Shown piece by piece: positions 7,772 to 16,566 of a stretch of DNA of 19,141 nucleotides (positions are counted from its first letter, which is position 1; every line of letters starts with the position of its first letter). The notes under the pieces were generated by a model. That model saw only the letters and a list, made by a program, of their open reading frames with translations, was not told the origin of the DNA and did not search any database. Source of the stretch: Candidatus Thermosaccharophagus tengchongensis (GTDB lineage: Bacteria; Armatimonadota; Fervidibacteria; Fervidibacterales; Thermosaccharophagaceae); assembly GCA_032161105.1 (NCBI GenBank), contig JAVHTD010000034.1; one strand, 5' to 3'. The position numbers were made by a program, and so were the translations under genes.

Positions 7772-7902
7772 AGCTGCCGTAATGCAGCAGCACAAGTAGT
7801 TCGTGCCTTCCCCGATGTCATCAAACCGCGTCGGGCTTCCACAAAGCCGAGGCGGTGAAGATGCATTTGGGGCGGGTGGTAGAAAGGAGGTTCGACGCGG
7901 TG
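7772..7902 (+). promoter_or_regulatory. Structured csp 5' UTR with alternative anti-SD helix (candidate RNA thermoswitch)
   Basis: 7825-7840 is complementary to 7886-7901 (SD plus GU of the start codon; 16 bp including 3 G:U). The same segment can alternatively pair with 7844-7856 inside a long 7804-7878 hairpin. A 5' hairpin GCTGC/GCAGC lies at 7773-7788. Confidence 0.6.
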
Positions 7903-8106
7903 AAGAAAGGCACCGTCAAGTGGTTCAACGACCGCAAGGGTTTCGGCTTCATCGCCCAAGATGATGGCGGACAAGATGTGTTCGTGCACTTCTCCGCCAT
8001 TGAGGGTGAAGGTTACAAGACCCTGCGTGAGGGCGACAAAGTTGAGTTTGAGGTTGACTCAACGCCCAAGGGTCTGCGTGCGAAGCGTGTTCGTGTTGTC
8101 CGCTAA
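7900..8106 (+). CDS. Cold-shock protein (CspA family), 68 aa
   Basis: GTVKWFN..KGFGFI (RNP1) and DVFVHFSAI (RNP2), then GYKTL.EG.KVEFEV...KG..A..V. AGGAGG SD at 7885-7890, GTG at 7900. Confidence 0.97.
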   Translation: MKKGTVKWFNDRKGFGFIAQDDGGQDVFVHFSAIEGEGYKTLREGDKVEFEVDSTPKGLRAKRVRVVR

Positions 8107-8143
8107 AGTGATAACATGGTAGCTTTTGCACCGCCCAGGAGAT

Positions 8144-8184
8144 AAGTAACCCATCGCTGCTGCGTGCAGCGGTGGGTTACTTTT
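8144..8184. terminator. Intrinsic terminator hairpin between convergent csp and DUF4139 genes
   Basis: AAGTAACCCATCGCTGC-tgcgt-GCAGCGGTGGGTTACTT forms a 17-bp stem with one G:U on the + strand, ending in TTTT. Confidence 0.8.
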
Positions 8185-8209
8185 ACTATGCACACCTGCT
8201 GACGAAGCG

Positions 8210-9700
8210 CTACGGTAGAAGCCTTACCTTAGCTGTGAATGTGAGCGTTGCCTTGCCGGATGGTGGCACTGGTATCGTGAATTCGGCGGTCATGGCATCC
8301 CTTCTTTTCCATTCATGACTTGACTGCGTTATCTCCCACTCCAAGCCATATCCGAATGGTTGGCGGAGTTGCACGATTACCTCTTTCTCCTTCCCATTCG
8401 TGATGACCACCTCTACTGGCACTTCCCGTTCCTTTGCAGTTAAGGCTGTGAATTTGACCTGCCGCCAAGAGCCGATGATGTCAAATGCGCCGCCTATATC
8501 CAACTCAACCCTTTGTCCCTTGCCTATATGTGCAATTGGTGCCTCGCCGATGAAAATCGGTCTCCCATCAGAGCCGAGCTTATGCAGCTTAACTTTGCCG
8601 GCGGGCAATGGGACACCAAGCCCATGCTTTTCTTCGTTCACAAAGTTGATCATGATTCGCGTCGGGAGCCTTTCCTCTCTGGCTCTCACATCAAACACGA
8701 TTCCGGGTGCCGTAATGACAAACTGCTTCTCCACCTTTGCGCCCCTTGCAGATACGATTCCGAGCCTTAGAGAGCCCCTCCCCTCAAGCGTTACCTTCTG
8801 GGGTATGTCGTAAAGGTGATACTCAAAGAACGGCTCCTCGGTGACTATTCCTTCACCGGGTGCTGGTGCTGCGGCTCTTGCAAACTCAACTTGCCTGCGA
8901 AATTCAGCTCGGTCTCTCAACACCCTCAATACCCCGGCAACAAGTTGCAGCTTGGCATAAGGAAACGACATGTCGGTGTTGTTTTGCACATTTGCGTATC
9001 CAATGAGGTCCATGCTGCTATCCTCTTCGGAAATGGTGGCGATGTAATCGGTGCTCCAGTTCAAGCCGGATGTGATGTAGGTTAAGGAAAGGTTGTGCAT
9101 CCTCGTCTCCTTTGATTTGGCGAAGACGAGCAAGCGCGGCTTTAAGACCATATCCTCCGGCATCTCTGAGAGCACGACCATGCCGGGCGGATATAGCAGG
9201 AGCTTCTCTCCGGCTTTGACCGTTGCAGGGCGAGCGCCATCAACTGCGAGCAATTGCCCCTCAATCTTTTCGGCTATACTTCCATCCTCGGCATAGCGTA
9301 TGATCGTGATCGTTTTTCCAATGCTCTTTTCAAGCAGTGCTGATGGCGTTGGGCGATTGGCAAGCAGTTTGTGCATAGCCATTTGAATGGCTTCGGGCGC
9401 GCTCGTTGATGAAACTTCAACGGAATCAAAGTCCATGTTCGGGGAGACATCCGGGAAGTCAATCACAACTTCTCCCGCCGGAATTAAAGCGCGCCTCATG
9501 TCTCGCACAAGCGCAATGCCCTGATTGTAAATGACGAGCGATAGACCGATGCGTTCGCTTGCGCTCACTGTGCTTGGCTTAGCGGGCGGCTGTTCGGTGG
9601 CAACCTGTGCGTTGAGGGTGAGGCTGTTATGAGGGGGCGTTAGCATGCTCACAAGCATCACACCGACAAACGCCATTGTGAAGCGGTATAGCTTAACCAC
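8210..9700 (-). CDS. Secreted DUF4139/DUF4140-family protein
   Basis: N-terminal signal peptide; LVIYNQGIALVRD.R; LTYITSGLNW..DY; A.V.N.T...F..A.LQLVAG; FEYHLY; GLGVPLPAGKV; FIGE..I.H. AGGAGGTG SD before GTG 9700. Confidence 0.85.
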   Translation of the reverse strand: MVKLYRFTMAFVGVMLVSMLTPPHNSLTLNAQVATEQPPAKPSTVSASERIGLSLVIYNQGIALVRDMRRALIPAGEVVIDFPDVSPNMDFDSVEVSSTSAPEAIQMAMHKLLANRPTPSALLEKSIGKTITIIRYAEDGSIAEKIEGQLLAVDGARPATVKAGEKLLLYPPGMVVLSEMPEDMVLKPRLLVFAKSKETRMHNLSLTYITSGLNWSTDYIATISEEDSSMDLIGYANVQNNTDMSFPYAKLQLVAGVLRVLRDRAEFRRQVEFARAAAPAPGEGIVTEEPFFEYHLYDIPQKVTLEGRGSLRLGIVSARGAKVEKQFVITAPGIVFDVRAREERLPTRIMINFVNEEKHGLGVPLPAGKVKLHKLGSDGRPIFIGEAPIAHIGKGQRVELDIGGAFDIIGSWRQVKFTALTAKEREVPVEVVITNGKEKEVIVQLRQPFGYGLEWEITQSSHEWKRRDAMTAEFTIPVPPSGKATLTFTAKVRLLP

Positions 9701-9803
9701 CTCACTGCACCTCCTGTTGAGTTTGATGTGGCTTGAGTCCTACACTGAGCATGTCGTGCTGCGTTTTAGACGGACGACCGTCGTTCTCCGTTCCGCAGCT
9801 CAC

Positions 9804-10754
9804 TCAGCGCCAAGGTGGTGGATAGCCGGTTGCTTTCAAATCGGCTAAGTAACGCACAGCCATCATCGCGGCTTTGCAACCGGATGCGGCGGCTGTCACA
9901 GCTTGCCTAAAAGTTTTATCGGCTACATCACCGGCTGCAAACACCATTGGTATGTTGGTCCTTTGGAGTTCGTCCGTGACAATGTAACCTTCGCTGTCAA
10001 GCTCCAGTTGACCAGAGAACAGTGATGTGTTTGGCTGCCTGCCGATGGCAACAAACACACCGTCAACATTGAGCTCGTTTTCCAACCCGCTAATGACATC
10101 CTTCACTCTAACCCCGGTTACACGCTCATCGCCGAGTATATCAACAACGACGCTGTTCCAGATGAACTCGATCTTTTCGTTGGCGAAGGCTCTCTCTTGA
10201 AGCGCTTTGGTTGCACGCAGCTGATCTCGCCTGTGAATGAGAAAGACTTTCTTTGCATGCGCTGTCAGGTGCAATGCCTCTTCAACTGCCGTATTTCCGC
10301 CACCGACAACGCACACAACTTTGTCACGGTATAGAAAGCCATCACATGTTGCACATGTGGAAATTCCTCTCCCGATGAATTTCTCCTCGGATGGCAAGCC
10401 GAGCATTTTTGGCGATGCACCGGTAGCCACGATCAGAGCAGTGCACGAATATTCATCACTGCCCGTGCGCACGCTGAATGGATGCCCTTTGAGATCAACC
10501 TCAACTGCGCTCTCTCGGGCAATGCTTGCACCAAACCTCTCAGCCTGTTGCATCATCCGCATCATCAGCTCGTATCCATTTATGCCCTCTGGAAAGCCGG
10601 GGAAGTTTTCAACTGTGGTTGTGAGCGTTAGTGCGCCTCCGGGCAAGTTGCCCGTGAGGATGAGCGTATCAACTCCATCCCTTGCAGCATACATGGCTGC
10701 AGTTAAGCCAGCAGGACCTGAACCGATTATGAGCAGCTCAACTTCTTTCATCAT
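9804..10754 (-). CDS. trxB: Thioredoxin reductase
   Basis: IIGSGPAGLTAA.YAAR, GG.L.....VENFPGFP, G.STCATCDG redox CxxC, VVGGGNTAVEEA, HRR..LRA, FAAGDV....RQA.TAA. The start is at the ATG-ATG overlapping the ispG stop; the ORF-track extension to 10946 is spurious. Confidence 0.96.
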   Translation of the reverse strand: MMKEVELLIIGSGPAGLTAAMYAARDGVDTLILTGNLPGGALTLTTTVENFPGFPEGINGYELMMRMMQQAERFGASIARESAVEVDLKGHPFSVRTGSDEYSCTALIVATGASPKMLGLPSEEKFIGRGISTCATCDGFLYRDKVVCVVGGGNTAVEEALHLTAHAKKVFLIHRRDQLRATKALQERAFANEKIEFIWNSVVVDILGDERVTGVRVKDVISGLENELNVDGVFVAIGRQPNTSLFSGQLELDSEGYIVTDELQRTNIPMVFAAGDVADKTFRQAVTAAASGCKAAMMAVRYLADLKATGYPPPWR

Positions 10755-11880
10755 CACCCACCACACCAATGCCCATGTTGTCCTCAATTTGCCTTGCAAG
10801 CTTCGCGGCAAGCAACACCAGCTCATCAAGAGCGCTTTCCTTTGGCACAACTTTGATAACTTCGCCGCGCACGAAGATGGCAGCTTTGTTCCTTGTAGGG
10901 GCAATCCCCAAATCTGCCATTCTCGCTTCCCCCGGTCCGTTGACATGGCATCCCATCACAGCGATTGTGAGCGGTGCATCAATTTGCTCGGTGGCAGCTT
11001 TCACTCTCTCGGCAAATTCTTGAACATCAATTTCGTGTCTACCGCACATTGGACAAGCTATGACGCGCACACCGCTGCAGCGCAACCTGAGCGAACGAAG
11101 TATCATGCGGGCTACCTTCACTTCCTTAACTGGATCTCCGGTGAGGGAGACGCGTATGGTGTCTCCTATGCCGAGCGAGAGCAAGCTTCCTATCCCGATT
11201 GCGGATGCGATGATGCCCTCTTCGCCAAGCCCAGCTTCAGTCACCCCAACATGCAACGGGTATTCAAACCTGCGTGCGAAGGCTATGTATGCCGAGATGG
11301 TGTCCAGCACATCTGATGACTTTAACGAGACGACGATGTCATGAAATCCGAGCCGCTCAAGCTCGGCGATTTCCATAGCGGCGCTTTCAACCATTGCCTC
11401 AGGCGTCGGACCACCATGCTTGCGCAATAGCTCCGGGTGGAGTGAACCGGCGTTAACTCCTATGCGTATCGGTATTGATCGTTCCAATGCTGCCCTTACG
11501 ACATCAGCGAGTTTTTCTCTGTCCTTAATGTTGCCCGGGTTGAGCCTGACTTTGTCCGCTCCAGCTTCAATTGCCTTTATGGCGAGCCTCGCGCTGAAAT
11601 GTATGTCTGCTACGATTGGCACATTAACCTGCCTCTTAATTTCCGTCAGCGCTCCTGCTGCCCTTTCGTTTGGCACTGCCAAACGCACTATGTCGCAACC
11701 CGCATCTTGAAGTTCTCTTATCTGCCTGACAGTCGCATCCACATCATCTGTTCTCGTCCTCGTCATTGATTGGACCGATATCGGAGAGCCCCCTCCTATT
11801 GCTATTCTCCCGACATGGACTCGCCTCGTCTTTTCCCTTGTGGTTATTTCGCCTCTCAGAAGATGAATCAACCCGTCCAA
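10738..11880 (-). CDS. ispG: 4-hydroxy-3-methylbut-2-en-1-yl diphosphate synthase (flavodoxin/ferredoxin)
   Basis: IGG.SPISVQSMT, GCDIVRLAVP, P.VADIHF, R.NPGNI, IRIGVNAGSL, YPLHVGVTEAG, GIGDTIRVSLT, CPMCGR and AVMGC.VNGPGEA ([4Fe-4S] ligands). The likely TTG start at 11880 has an AGGAG SD 7 nt upstream; ATG 11943 is the alternative. Confidence 0.96.
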   Translation of the reverse strand: MDGLIHLLRGEITTREKTRRVHVGRIAIGGGSPISVQSMTRTRTDDVDATVRQIRELQDAGCDIVRLAVPNERAAGALTEIKRQVNVPIVADIHFSARLAIKAIEAGADKVRLNPGNIKDREKLADVVRAALERSIPIRIGVNAGSLHPELLRKHGGPTPEAMVESAAMEIAELERLGFHDIVVSLKSSDVLDTISAYIAFARRFEYPLHVGVTEAGLGEEGIIASAIGIGSLLSLGIGDTIRVSLTGDPVKEVKVARMILRSLRLRCSGVRVIACPMCGRHEIDVQEFAERVKAATEQIDAPLTIAVMGCHVNGPGEARMADLGIAPTRNKAAIFVRGEVIKVVPKESALDELVLLAAKLARQIEDNMGIGVVGDDERS

Positions 11881-12049
11881 CCTCTGTCTCCTCTCTTTCT
11901 GGACATCTTTTATTTTCGGATCCGCTGCAGTATGATAGCGCATTGGTCGTGAGTATCGTCGCTTGGGAAAGCTCGCTCAATTGAGCTGATAGTTTGTTAG
12001 GCGGTGAGTGACATCCCGATGCGTAGAAGGATTGTGGAGGCGAAAGCGG

Positions 12050-14038
12050 ATGAGGCATCGTGATGATATGGATGCCAATGCGAATGTGGCTTTAAAGCCA
12101 CCGGAGGTGATGGTTCGGTCTGAGGGATTGACATGGCGGGCGTTCATCATTGGCTGTCTTATTTGCATCGGCTTTTCGGTGGTTGGTGCCATTGGTGCGC
12201 TCCTCCGCTACGAAATCATCGGGACTGGATATCTGCCTCGCGGTGCCATATTCATCATGCTCATTTTGCTGCCGCTCAATGCCGTTGTGGGGCGGTTATT
12301 TCCGGCGCTCAAACTCAGGAGTAGCGAGTTGCTTTTCGTCTTTTGCATGCTTATGGCGATGGCAGCCATACCGGGGCAGGAATATGCCAACCACTTTTAC
12401 CTGAACTTGCTTGGCTTGGTCTACTACAGTGCACCGGGAACACAGTGGGAGGGAATGTTCGTTAAGCACATCCCAGAATGGCTTTTGCCATCAACCGACC
12501 CGCGCTCAATCGTCGTTAAGGGGTTCTTTGAGGGGTTGCCCGAGGGCGCTTCAATACCTTGGTTAGCGTGGCTTGTTCCACTCGCCATATGGACCATCTA
12601 TTTCTTCCTCGTCTATGCCCTCATCGCGTTTCTTGGCGGATTGCTTTCAAGGCAATGGGAGGAAAGGGAAAGGCTCCTTTATCCATTGACTCAAGTGCCG
12701 CTCGAAATGGTTGGAAGCACAACAGCAATGCGTTATCTCTTCCTTAACCCGTTAATGTGGGTTTGCTTTATCTTCAGCGCTGGGCTTTATCTCGTGCGCG
12801 GTCTCCATGCGTATTTTCCATCCCTTCCTGATGTGAACTTGCAACGGCAAACTGAGGTGCTATTCCCTACAGGGCCGTTCTCCGTGTTCAACTACATGCC
12901 GATACACATCTATCCCGAGATGATTGGGATAGCCTATTTGCTCTCACGGGAAGTGGCTTTCAGCTTTTGGTTCTTCTTTCTCCTCCGCAGGTTGCAGCAG
13001 GCGCTCCGCATATGGCTCGGCATAAACATAGAGCACGAACAATTCTTCACGATGCAAACCATAGGCGGTTACACTGTCCTCGCTTTCAGCTTGCTTTACA
13101 CAGCTCGCCATTACATTGCGGATGTCCTCAGGCTTGCAATTCGCGGCGCAAATGGTGAGAAGGCAGAACGAACAATGGGAGACAATCCCGTTGGCTCCGC
13201 GAGGCTGCTCATTTTTGGAGCTGCCATGTGCTTCATCGGAATATGGGTTTGGTATCGCATTGTCGGGATTGATTGGTTCTATGGGCTGTTGACACTTATC
13301 GGTCTCCTGATAACGAGCATTGTCGTTTCAAGGGTGGTGTGCGAGGCTGGCATATTCGTCTACTCAAGCCCCTTCAGGGTTAACCAAGCTCTGTTTGACA
13401 TTTTCGGCACGGACAGAATCGGCGCAAGGAATACAGTTATGCTCACAGCGGTCAGTTGGGTTCAGATAAGGAGCACCGCAACGATGGCAATGCCATATCT
13501 CATGCAGGCATTCAAGATCGGCAGCGTTGCCAACCTGAATAGAAGGCACCTGCTATATGCAATGCTTGCATCCATTTGCATTGCAATACTTGCCTGCCAT
13601 GTCTTGTATCCATACATCATCTACACGCATGGTGTGGGCAAATTGGGTTGGTGGCCGAGCAGGTCGGCTTTCAACACCGCGAATTTGCTCGGGAACAATT
13701 TGCTATCGCCGAGGCATATGACGGTGGGAAACTTCACAGCGTTGTTATGGGGAGCTGCCTTCACATGGTTTCTCGTGAAGATGCGTTTGACATTCCTTTC
13801 ATTCCCATTTCATCCATTGGGCTTTGTGGCATGGCTTGGGTGGCCGATAGACCGCTACTGGCTTTCAATCCTCATCGGGTGGGCTATAAAGGTGGCAGTG
13901 TTGCGCTTTGCCGGATACAAGGCATGGTATGAACTTCGTCCGGCTGCATATGGTTTGATCCTTGGCATATGCCTCATCATCACCGTTTGGATGATCGTGC
14001 ACCTCTTTTACCCAGCCCCACCAGTCATCATTGAGTGA
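12050..14038 (+). CDS. Large polytopic membrane protein, DUF6785/DUF6784 type (putative transporter, function unknown)
   Basis: Many hydrophobic segments, with motifs W..W..PL..W, RQW.E.ERL.YPL.Q.P, IG.AYLL...V.FS.WFF, SR...EAG and FPFHPLGF, as I recall for this family. GGAGG SD at 12036-12040 before ATG 12050. Confidence 0.75.
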   Translation: MRHRDDMDANANVALKPPEVMVRSEGLTWRAFIIGCLICIGFSVVGAIGALLRYEIIGTGYLPRGAIFIMLILLPLNAVVGRLFPALKLRSSELLFVFCMLMAMAAIPGQEYANHFYLNLLGLVYYSAPGTQWEGMFVKHIPEWLLPSTDPRSIVVKGFFEGLPEGASIPWLAWLVPLAIWTIYFFLVYALIAFLGGLLSRQWEERERLLYPLTQVPLEMVGSTTAMRYLFLNPLMWVCFIFSAGLYLVRGLHAYFPSLPDVNLQRQTEVLFPTGPFSVFNYMPIHIYPEMIGIAYLLSREVAFSFWFFFLLRRLQQALRIWLGINIEHEQFFTMQTIGGYTVLAFSLLYTARHYIADVLRLAIRGANGEKAERTMGDNPVGSARLLIFGAAMCFIGIWVWYRIVGIDWFYGLLTLIGLLITSIVVSRVVCEAGIFVYSSPFRVNQALFDIFGTDRIGARNTVMLTAVSWVQIRSTATMAMPYLMQAFKIGSVANLNRRHLLYAMLASICIAILACHVLYPYIIYTHGVGKLGWWPSRSAFNTANLLGNNLLSPRHMTVGNFTALLWGAAFTWFLVKMRLTFLSFPFHPLGFVAWLGWPIDRYWLSILIGWAIKVAVLRFAGYKAWYELRPAAYGLILGICLIITVWMIVHLFYPAPPVIIE

Positions 14039-15080
14039 GCAGGATACTTTTCAAGCCCTCCTCAAACGGCGGCTTGACTATACCGCGCTCAGTTATGATT
14101 GCCTCCACAAGTTCATGGGGTGTAACATCAAAAGCCGGGTTAAAGACCGGGACATCGTATGGGACTATCCGCATGCCCAAGATTGTGCGCACCTCTTCAC
14201 CATCCCTTTGCTCAATTGGTATCTCGTCGCCTTTGCGGCAGCTTAGGTCAATCGTTGAAGTCGGCGCAGCTACATAAAACGGTATCCCATGATGCTTCGC
14301 AAGCACGGCGAGAGAATATGTGCCGATCTTGTTTGCCACATCTCCATTTGCTGCAATTCTGTCGGCACCGACAATCACCAAGTCAACCATTTTGGAGCGC
14401 ATCAGCATTCCAGCTGCGTTGTCGGAGATGAGCGTGAATGGTATCCCGTCCTGTTGCAGCTCCCAAGCGGTCAACCTCGCCCCCTGAAGGAATGGTCTTG
14501 TTTCGTCAACCCACACATGCACCTTTTTTCCTTGCTCGTGAGCAGCCCTTATCACACCGAGTGCGGTCCCGTAGCCGGCTGTGGCGAGTGCGCCGGCGTT
14601 GCAGTGCGTGAGAATATTTGCACGCTCTGGAATTAACTTCGCACCGAACATCCCCATTCGCATGTTGGCTTCAAAGTCATCGCGCGCTATGGAGATGGCT
14701 TCCGCCTCAAGCGCTGACACCAATTCGCTTGCGCTCCCTTCAAACATCGCTGCAACCTTCATCATCCTGTCAAGCGCCCAAAACAGGTTAACGGCAGTTG
14801 GGCGAGTTGAAGAGAGCATTTCCCTCGCACGGTTCAACGCATTAAGCATCTCCGATAGTTCACGCGCTTTATCCGAGGCTGCCTTCGCTGCGAGCACCAT
14901 TCCGAATGCAGCAACGCATCCGATAGCTGGTGCGCCACGCACCTTCATTGATTTAATCGCTTCAGCTACATCCTCAACAGTTCGGCATGTGATGTAACGC
15001 TCCTCAAGCGGCAGCACAGTTTGGTCTATTATTCGGAGCGCATCACCAAGCCACTCAAATGGCGAAAGATGGTGCATCAT
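14028..15080 (-). CDS. mtnA: S-methyl-5-thioribose-1-phosphate isomerase
   Basis: IDQT.LP, AIKSMKVRGAPAIG, RPTAVNLFWA, LTHCNAGALAT.GYGTALG, ETRP.LQGARLTAWEL, GADRIAANGD.ANKIGTY, NPAFDVTP. The GGAGG SD places the start at ATG 15080. Confidence 0.97.
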   Translation of the reverse strand: MMHHLSPFEWLGDALRIIDQTVLPLEERYITCRTVEDVAEAIKSMKVRGAPAIGCVAAFGMVLAAKAASDKARELSEMLNALNRAREMLSSTRPTAVNLFWALDRMMKVAAMFEGSASELVSALEAEAISIARDDFEANMRMGMFGAKLIPERANILTHCNAGALATAGYGTALGVIRAAHEQGKKVHVWVDETRPFLQGARLTAWELQQDGIPFTLISDNAAGMLMRSKMVDLVIVGADRIAANGDVANKIGTYSLAVLAKHHGIPFYVAAPTSTIDLSCRKGDEIPIEQRDGEEVRTILGMRIVPYDVPVFNPAFDVTPHELVEAIITERGIVKPPFEEGLKSILLTQ

Positions 15081-15166
15081 TGGCTGCACCTCCGCAGAGC
15101 AGTTGAATGGCTCTCATCCTTTTCATTCTGTCGCTGCCGTGATTGGTGCGATGTGCATCTGGCATT

Positions 15167-15175
15167 TGCTACAAT
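15167..15175 (+). promoter_or_regulatory. Putative extended -10 promoter for the secreted protein gene
   Basis: TGcTACAAT (TGn plus TACAAT) in the divergent mtnA/15250 intergenic region. Confidence 0.45.
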
Positions 15176-15249
15176 ATTGGTTAGGGTGAAACAGAGCGCA
15201 TGATGATGCTCGCCATCTCAAACCAAAAACATCACGAGTGGTGAGGGAA

Positions 15250-16323
15250 ATGAAATCGCTATGTGCATTCGCAAGCTACCTTATGGTGATGTTGCCGTTT
15301 GTGTTGCTATCTGAAGTGCAAGCAGAGCAGGCTGAGCAGAAGAAGGCATATACAGAGGTCGTCATTTACGATGGCGACTTAAACAATTCTCCGGTTGGGT
15401 TAGCCCTTGGACAGTGGGGAACAGGTTTGGTTGAGGAGGTTGAAGAAAGTGGATATATGTTTCGCAGGAAGACATTGCGGTTGACCTTATACAGCCTTGT
15501 TGAGGGAGGATGTTTCATCTTCAGCAAACCGATTGAAATTGCTTGGAGGCAATCCTCCCTCTACCTTGTGATGTGGGTGAAGTTTGTTGGTGCTCCGCCC
15601 GAGCGCATCCGTGAGGAAACAATCCCGTATGGGACTGCGCCAGAGGTTGGTGGTGCTGCTGAATATCAAATCGGTGTTGGAGTTGGTGTTCCCGGAAGCC
15701 CGCCTGCCGCTCCTACAACCACTGTGGGCAAGGTGAGTGCCAATTTAACCAAGCTGCGTTTAGTGCTTGACTTTGGGAGAGGTTGGAGTGAGGTCAACTA
15801 TGAAGTCCCGTTCGGCATTTTGAAACCGGATCAGACTGGTTGGGTGCGCTTGCCAATACCTTTGGCTAACGCTCGCGGGCTTCCAATTGAGCCGGGTGTA
15901 AAGCTGCAGCGCATGTTAATCGGGGCTGACAAATCCGATGAGTTATTCGTCGGGCGGATGATGCTTGTGCATGATGATGAGCCGCTGAGCGTCAACATCA
16001 AAAGTTCGTGGCGTGAGGAATACGACTTTGATGTTTCGCGCAACATTGAGGAGGTGCGTCATCTCCCCAAAGTCTTCATCGGCACGTTCGCAATGCCAAT
16101 TGATTTCCTTGTTGAGGTTAACGAGGGTGCGTCAATAACGGAGGTGCTTTGGGACTTTGATAAATCAGACGGTGTTAACTGGGAGAAGCCAAACGCAAAA
16201 GGAAATGCAGTTCGCTGGTTCTATCCTAAACCGGCAACTTACATTATGACCATAATGGTGAGAGACCTGCTTGGGTTGAAAGAGTCACTCGTGATTGAGC
16301 GGAAGGTGAAGGTGGTTAAGTAG
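15250..16323 (+). CDS. Hypothetical secreted protein: probable beta-sandwich (carbohydrate-binding-like) domain plus C-terminal PKD-like domain
   Basis: Signal peptide MKSLCAFASYLMVMLPFVLLSEVQA; a Pro/Thr/Gly-rich insert; GWVRLPIPL; and C-terminal WDFD..DG...Y.KP.TY..T..V.D, which resembles PKD repeats. Confidence 0.6.
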   Translation: MKSLCAFASYLMVMLPFVLLSEVQAEQAEQKKAYTEVVIYDGDLNNSPVGLALGQWGTGLVEEVEESGYMFRRKTLRLTLYSLVEGGCFIFSKPIEIAWRQSSLYLVMWVKFVGAPPERIREETIPYGTAPEVGGAAEYQIGVGVGVPGSPPAAPTTTVGKVSANLTKLRLVLDFGRGWSEVNYEVPFGILKPDQTGWVRLPIPLANARGLPIEPGVKLQRMLIGADKSDELFVGRMMLVHDDEPLSVNIKSSWREEYDFDVSRNIEEVRHLPKVFIGTFAMPIDFLVEVNEGASITEVLWDFDKSDGVNWEKPNAKGNAVRWFYPKPATYIMTIMVRDLLGLKESLVIERKVKVVK

Positions 16324-16339
16324 CGCTTAAGGTTGAGGT

Positions 16340-16367
16340 TTGCTCTCAGGATGAAATGCGACATACT
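16340..16367 (+). promoter_or_regulatory. Putative promoter of the pyrB leader
   Basis: TTGCTC (16340-16345), 16-bp spacer, CATACT (16362-16367). Confidence 0.4.
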
Positions 16368-16531
16368 AAATGCCTTTGGATATCTTAAAGGCGGGTGAGC
16401 ATATCGGTGAACGGCTCAAAGAATTCAAAGGTTAACCCTCACATGCATAAGGGTGTGGTGAGCAGTGTTCAGAGTATGTGAATTTAAAGGGCGACTAAAA
16501 CATCTCAAAGCAAGTTTGCCCTTGCTTTGGA

Positions 16532-16566
16532 GAAAGCCTTCCCATTTTGGGAAGGCTTTCTTTTTT
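16532..16566 (+). terminator. Intrinsic terminator/attenuator upstream of pyrB
   Basis: GAAAGCCTTCCCA-ttt-TGGGAAGGCTTTC is a perfect 13-bp stem followed by TTTTTT, ending ~45 nt before the pyrB start. Confidence 0.9.

Noticed and set aside
7855..7899. Extended N-terminus of the cold-shock protein
   Set aside because: AGGAGG at 7885-7890 points to GTG 7900, giving the canonical 68-aa size. The upstream part is UTR.
9758..9800. Imperfect hairpin between trxB and the DUF4139 gene
   Set aside because: The stem is interrupted and has no U-tract on the - strand, so it cannot be called a terminator.
10755..10946. N-terminal extension of trxB given by the ORF track
   Set aside because: It lies inside ispG in another frame, and TrxB homology begins at MMKEVELLIIGSG.
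10237..11316. 359-aa + strand ORF
   Set aside because: It is antisense to trxB and ispG, which both have unambiguous motifs. Its Ser/Pro-rich translation has no recognisable domain, so it is a shadow ORF.
16445..16497. Purine-riboswitch-like words (CATAA ... TAAAgggcGACTA) and T-box-like AAGGGTG in the pyrB leader
   Set aside because: The P2/P3 stems, the AUAUGG loop and GUUUCUAC are absent, and there is no UGGNACC T-box bulge. The resemblance is probably coincidental.
16368..16566. 6S RNA (similar length)
   Set aside because: The 5' and 3' portions do not form the long closing helix with a central bubble.
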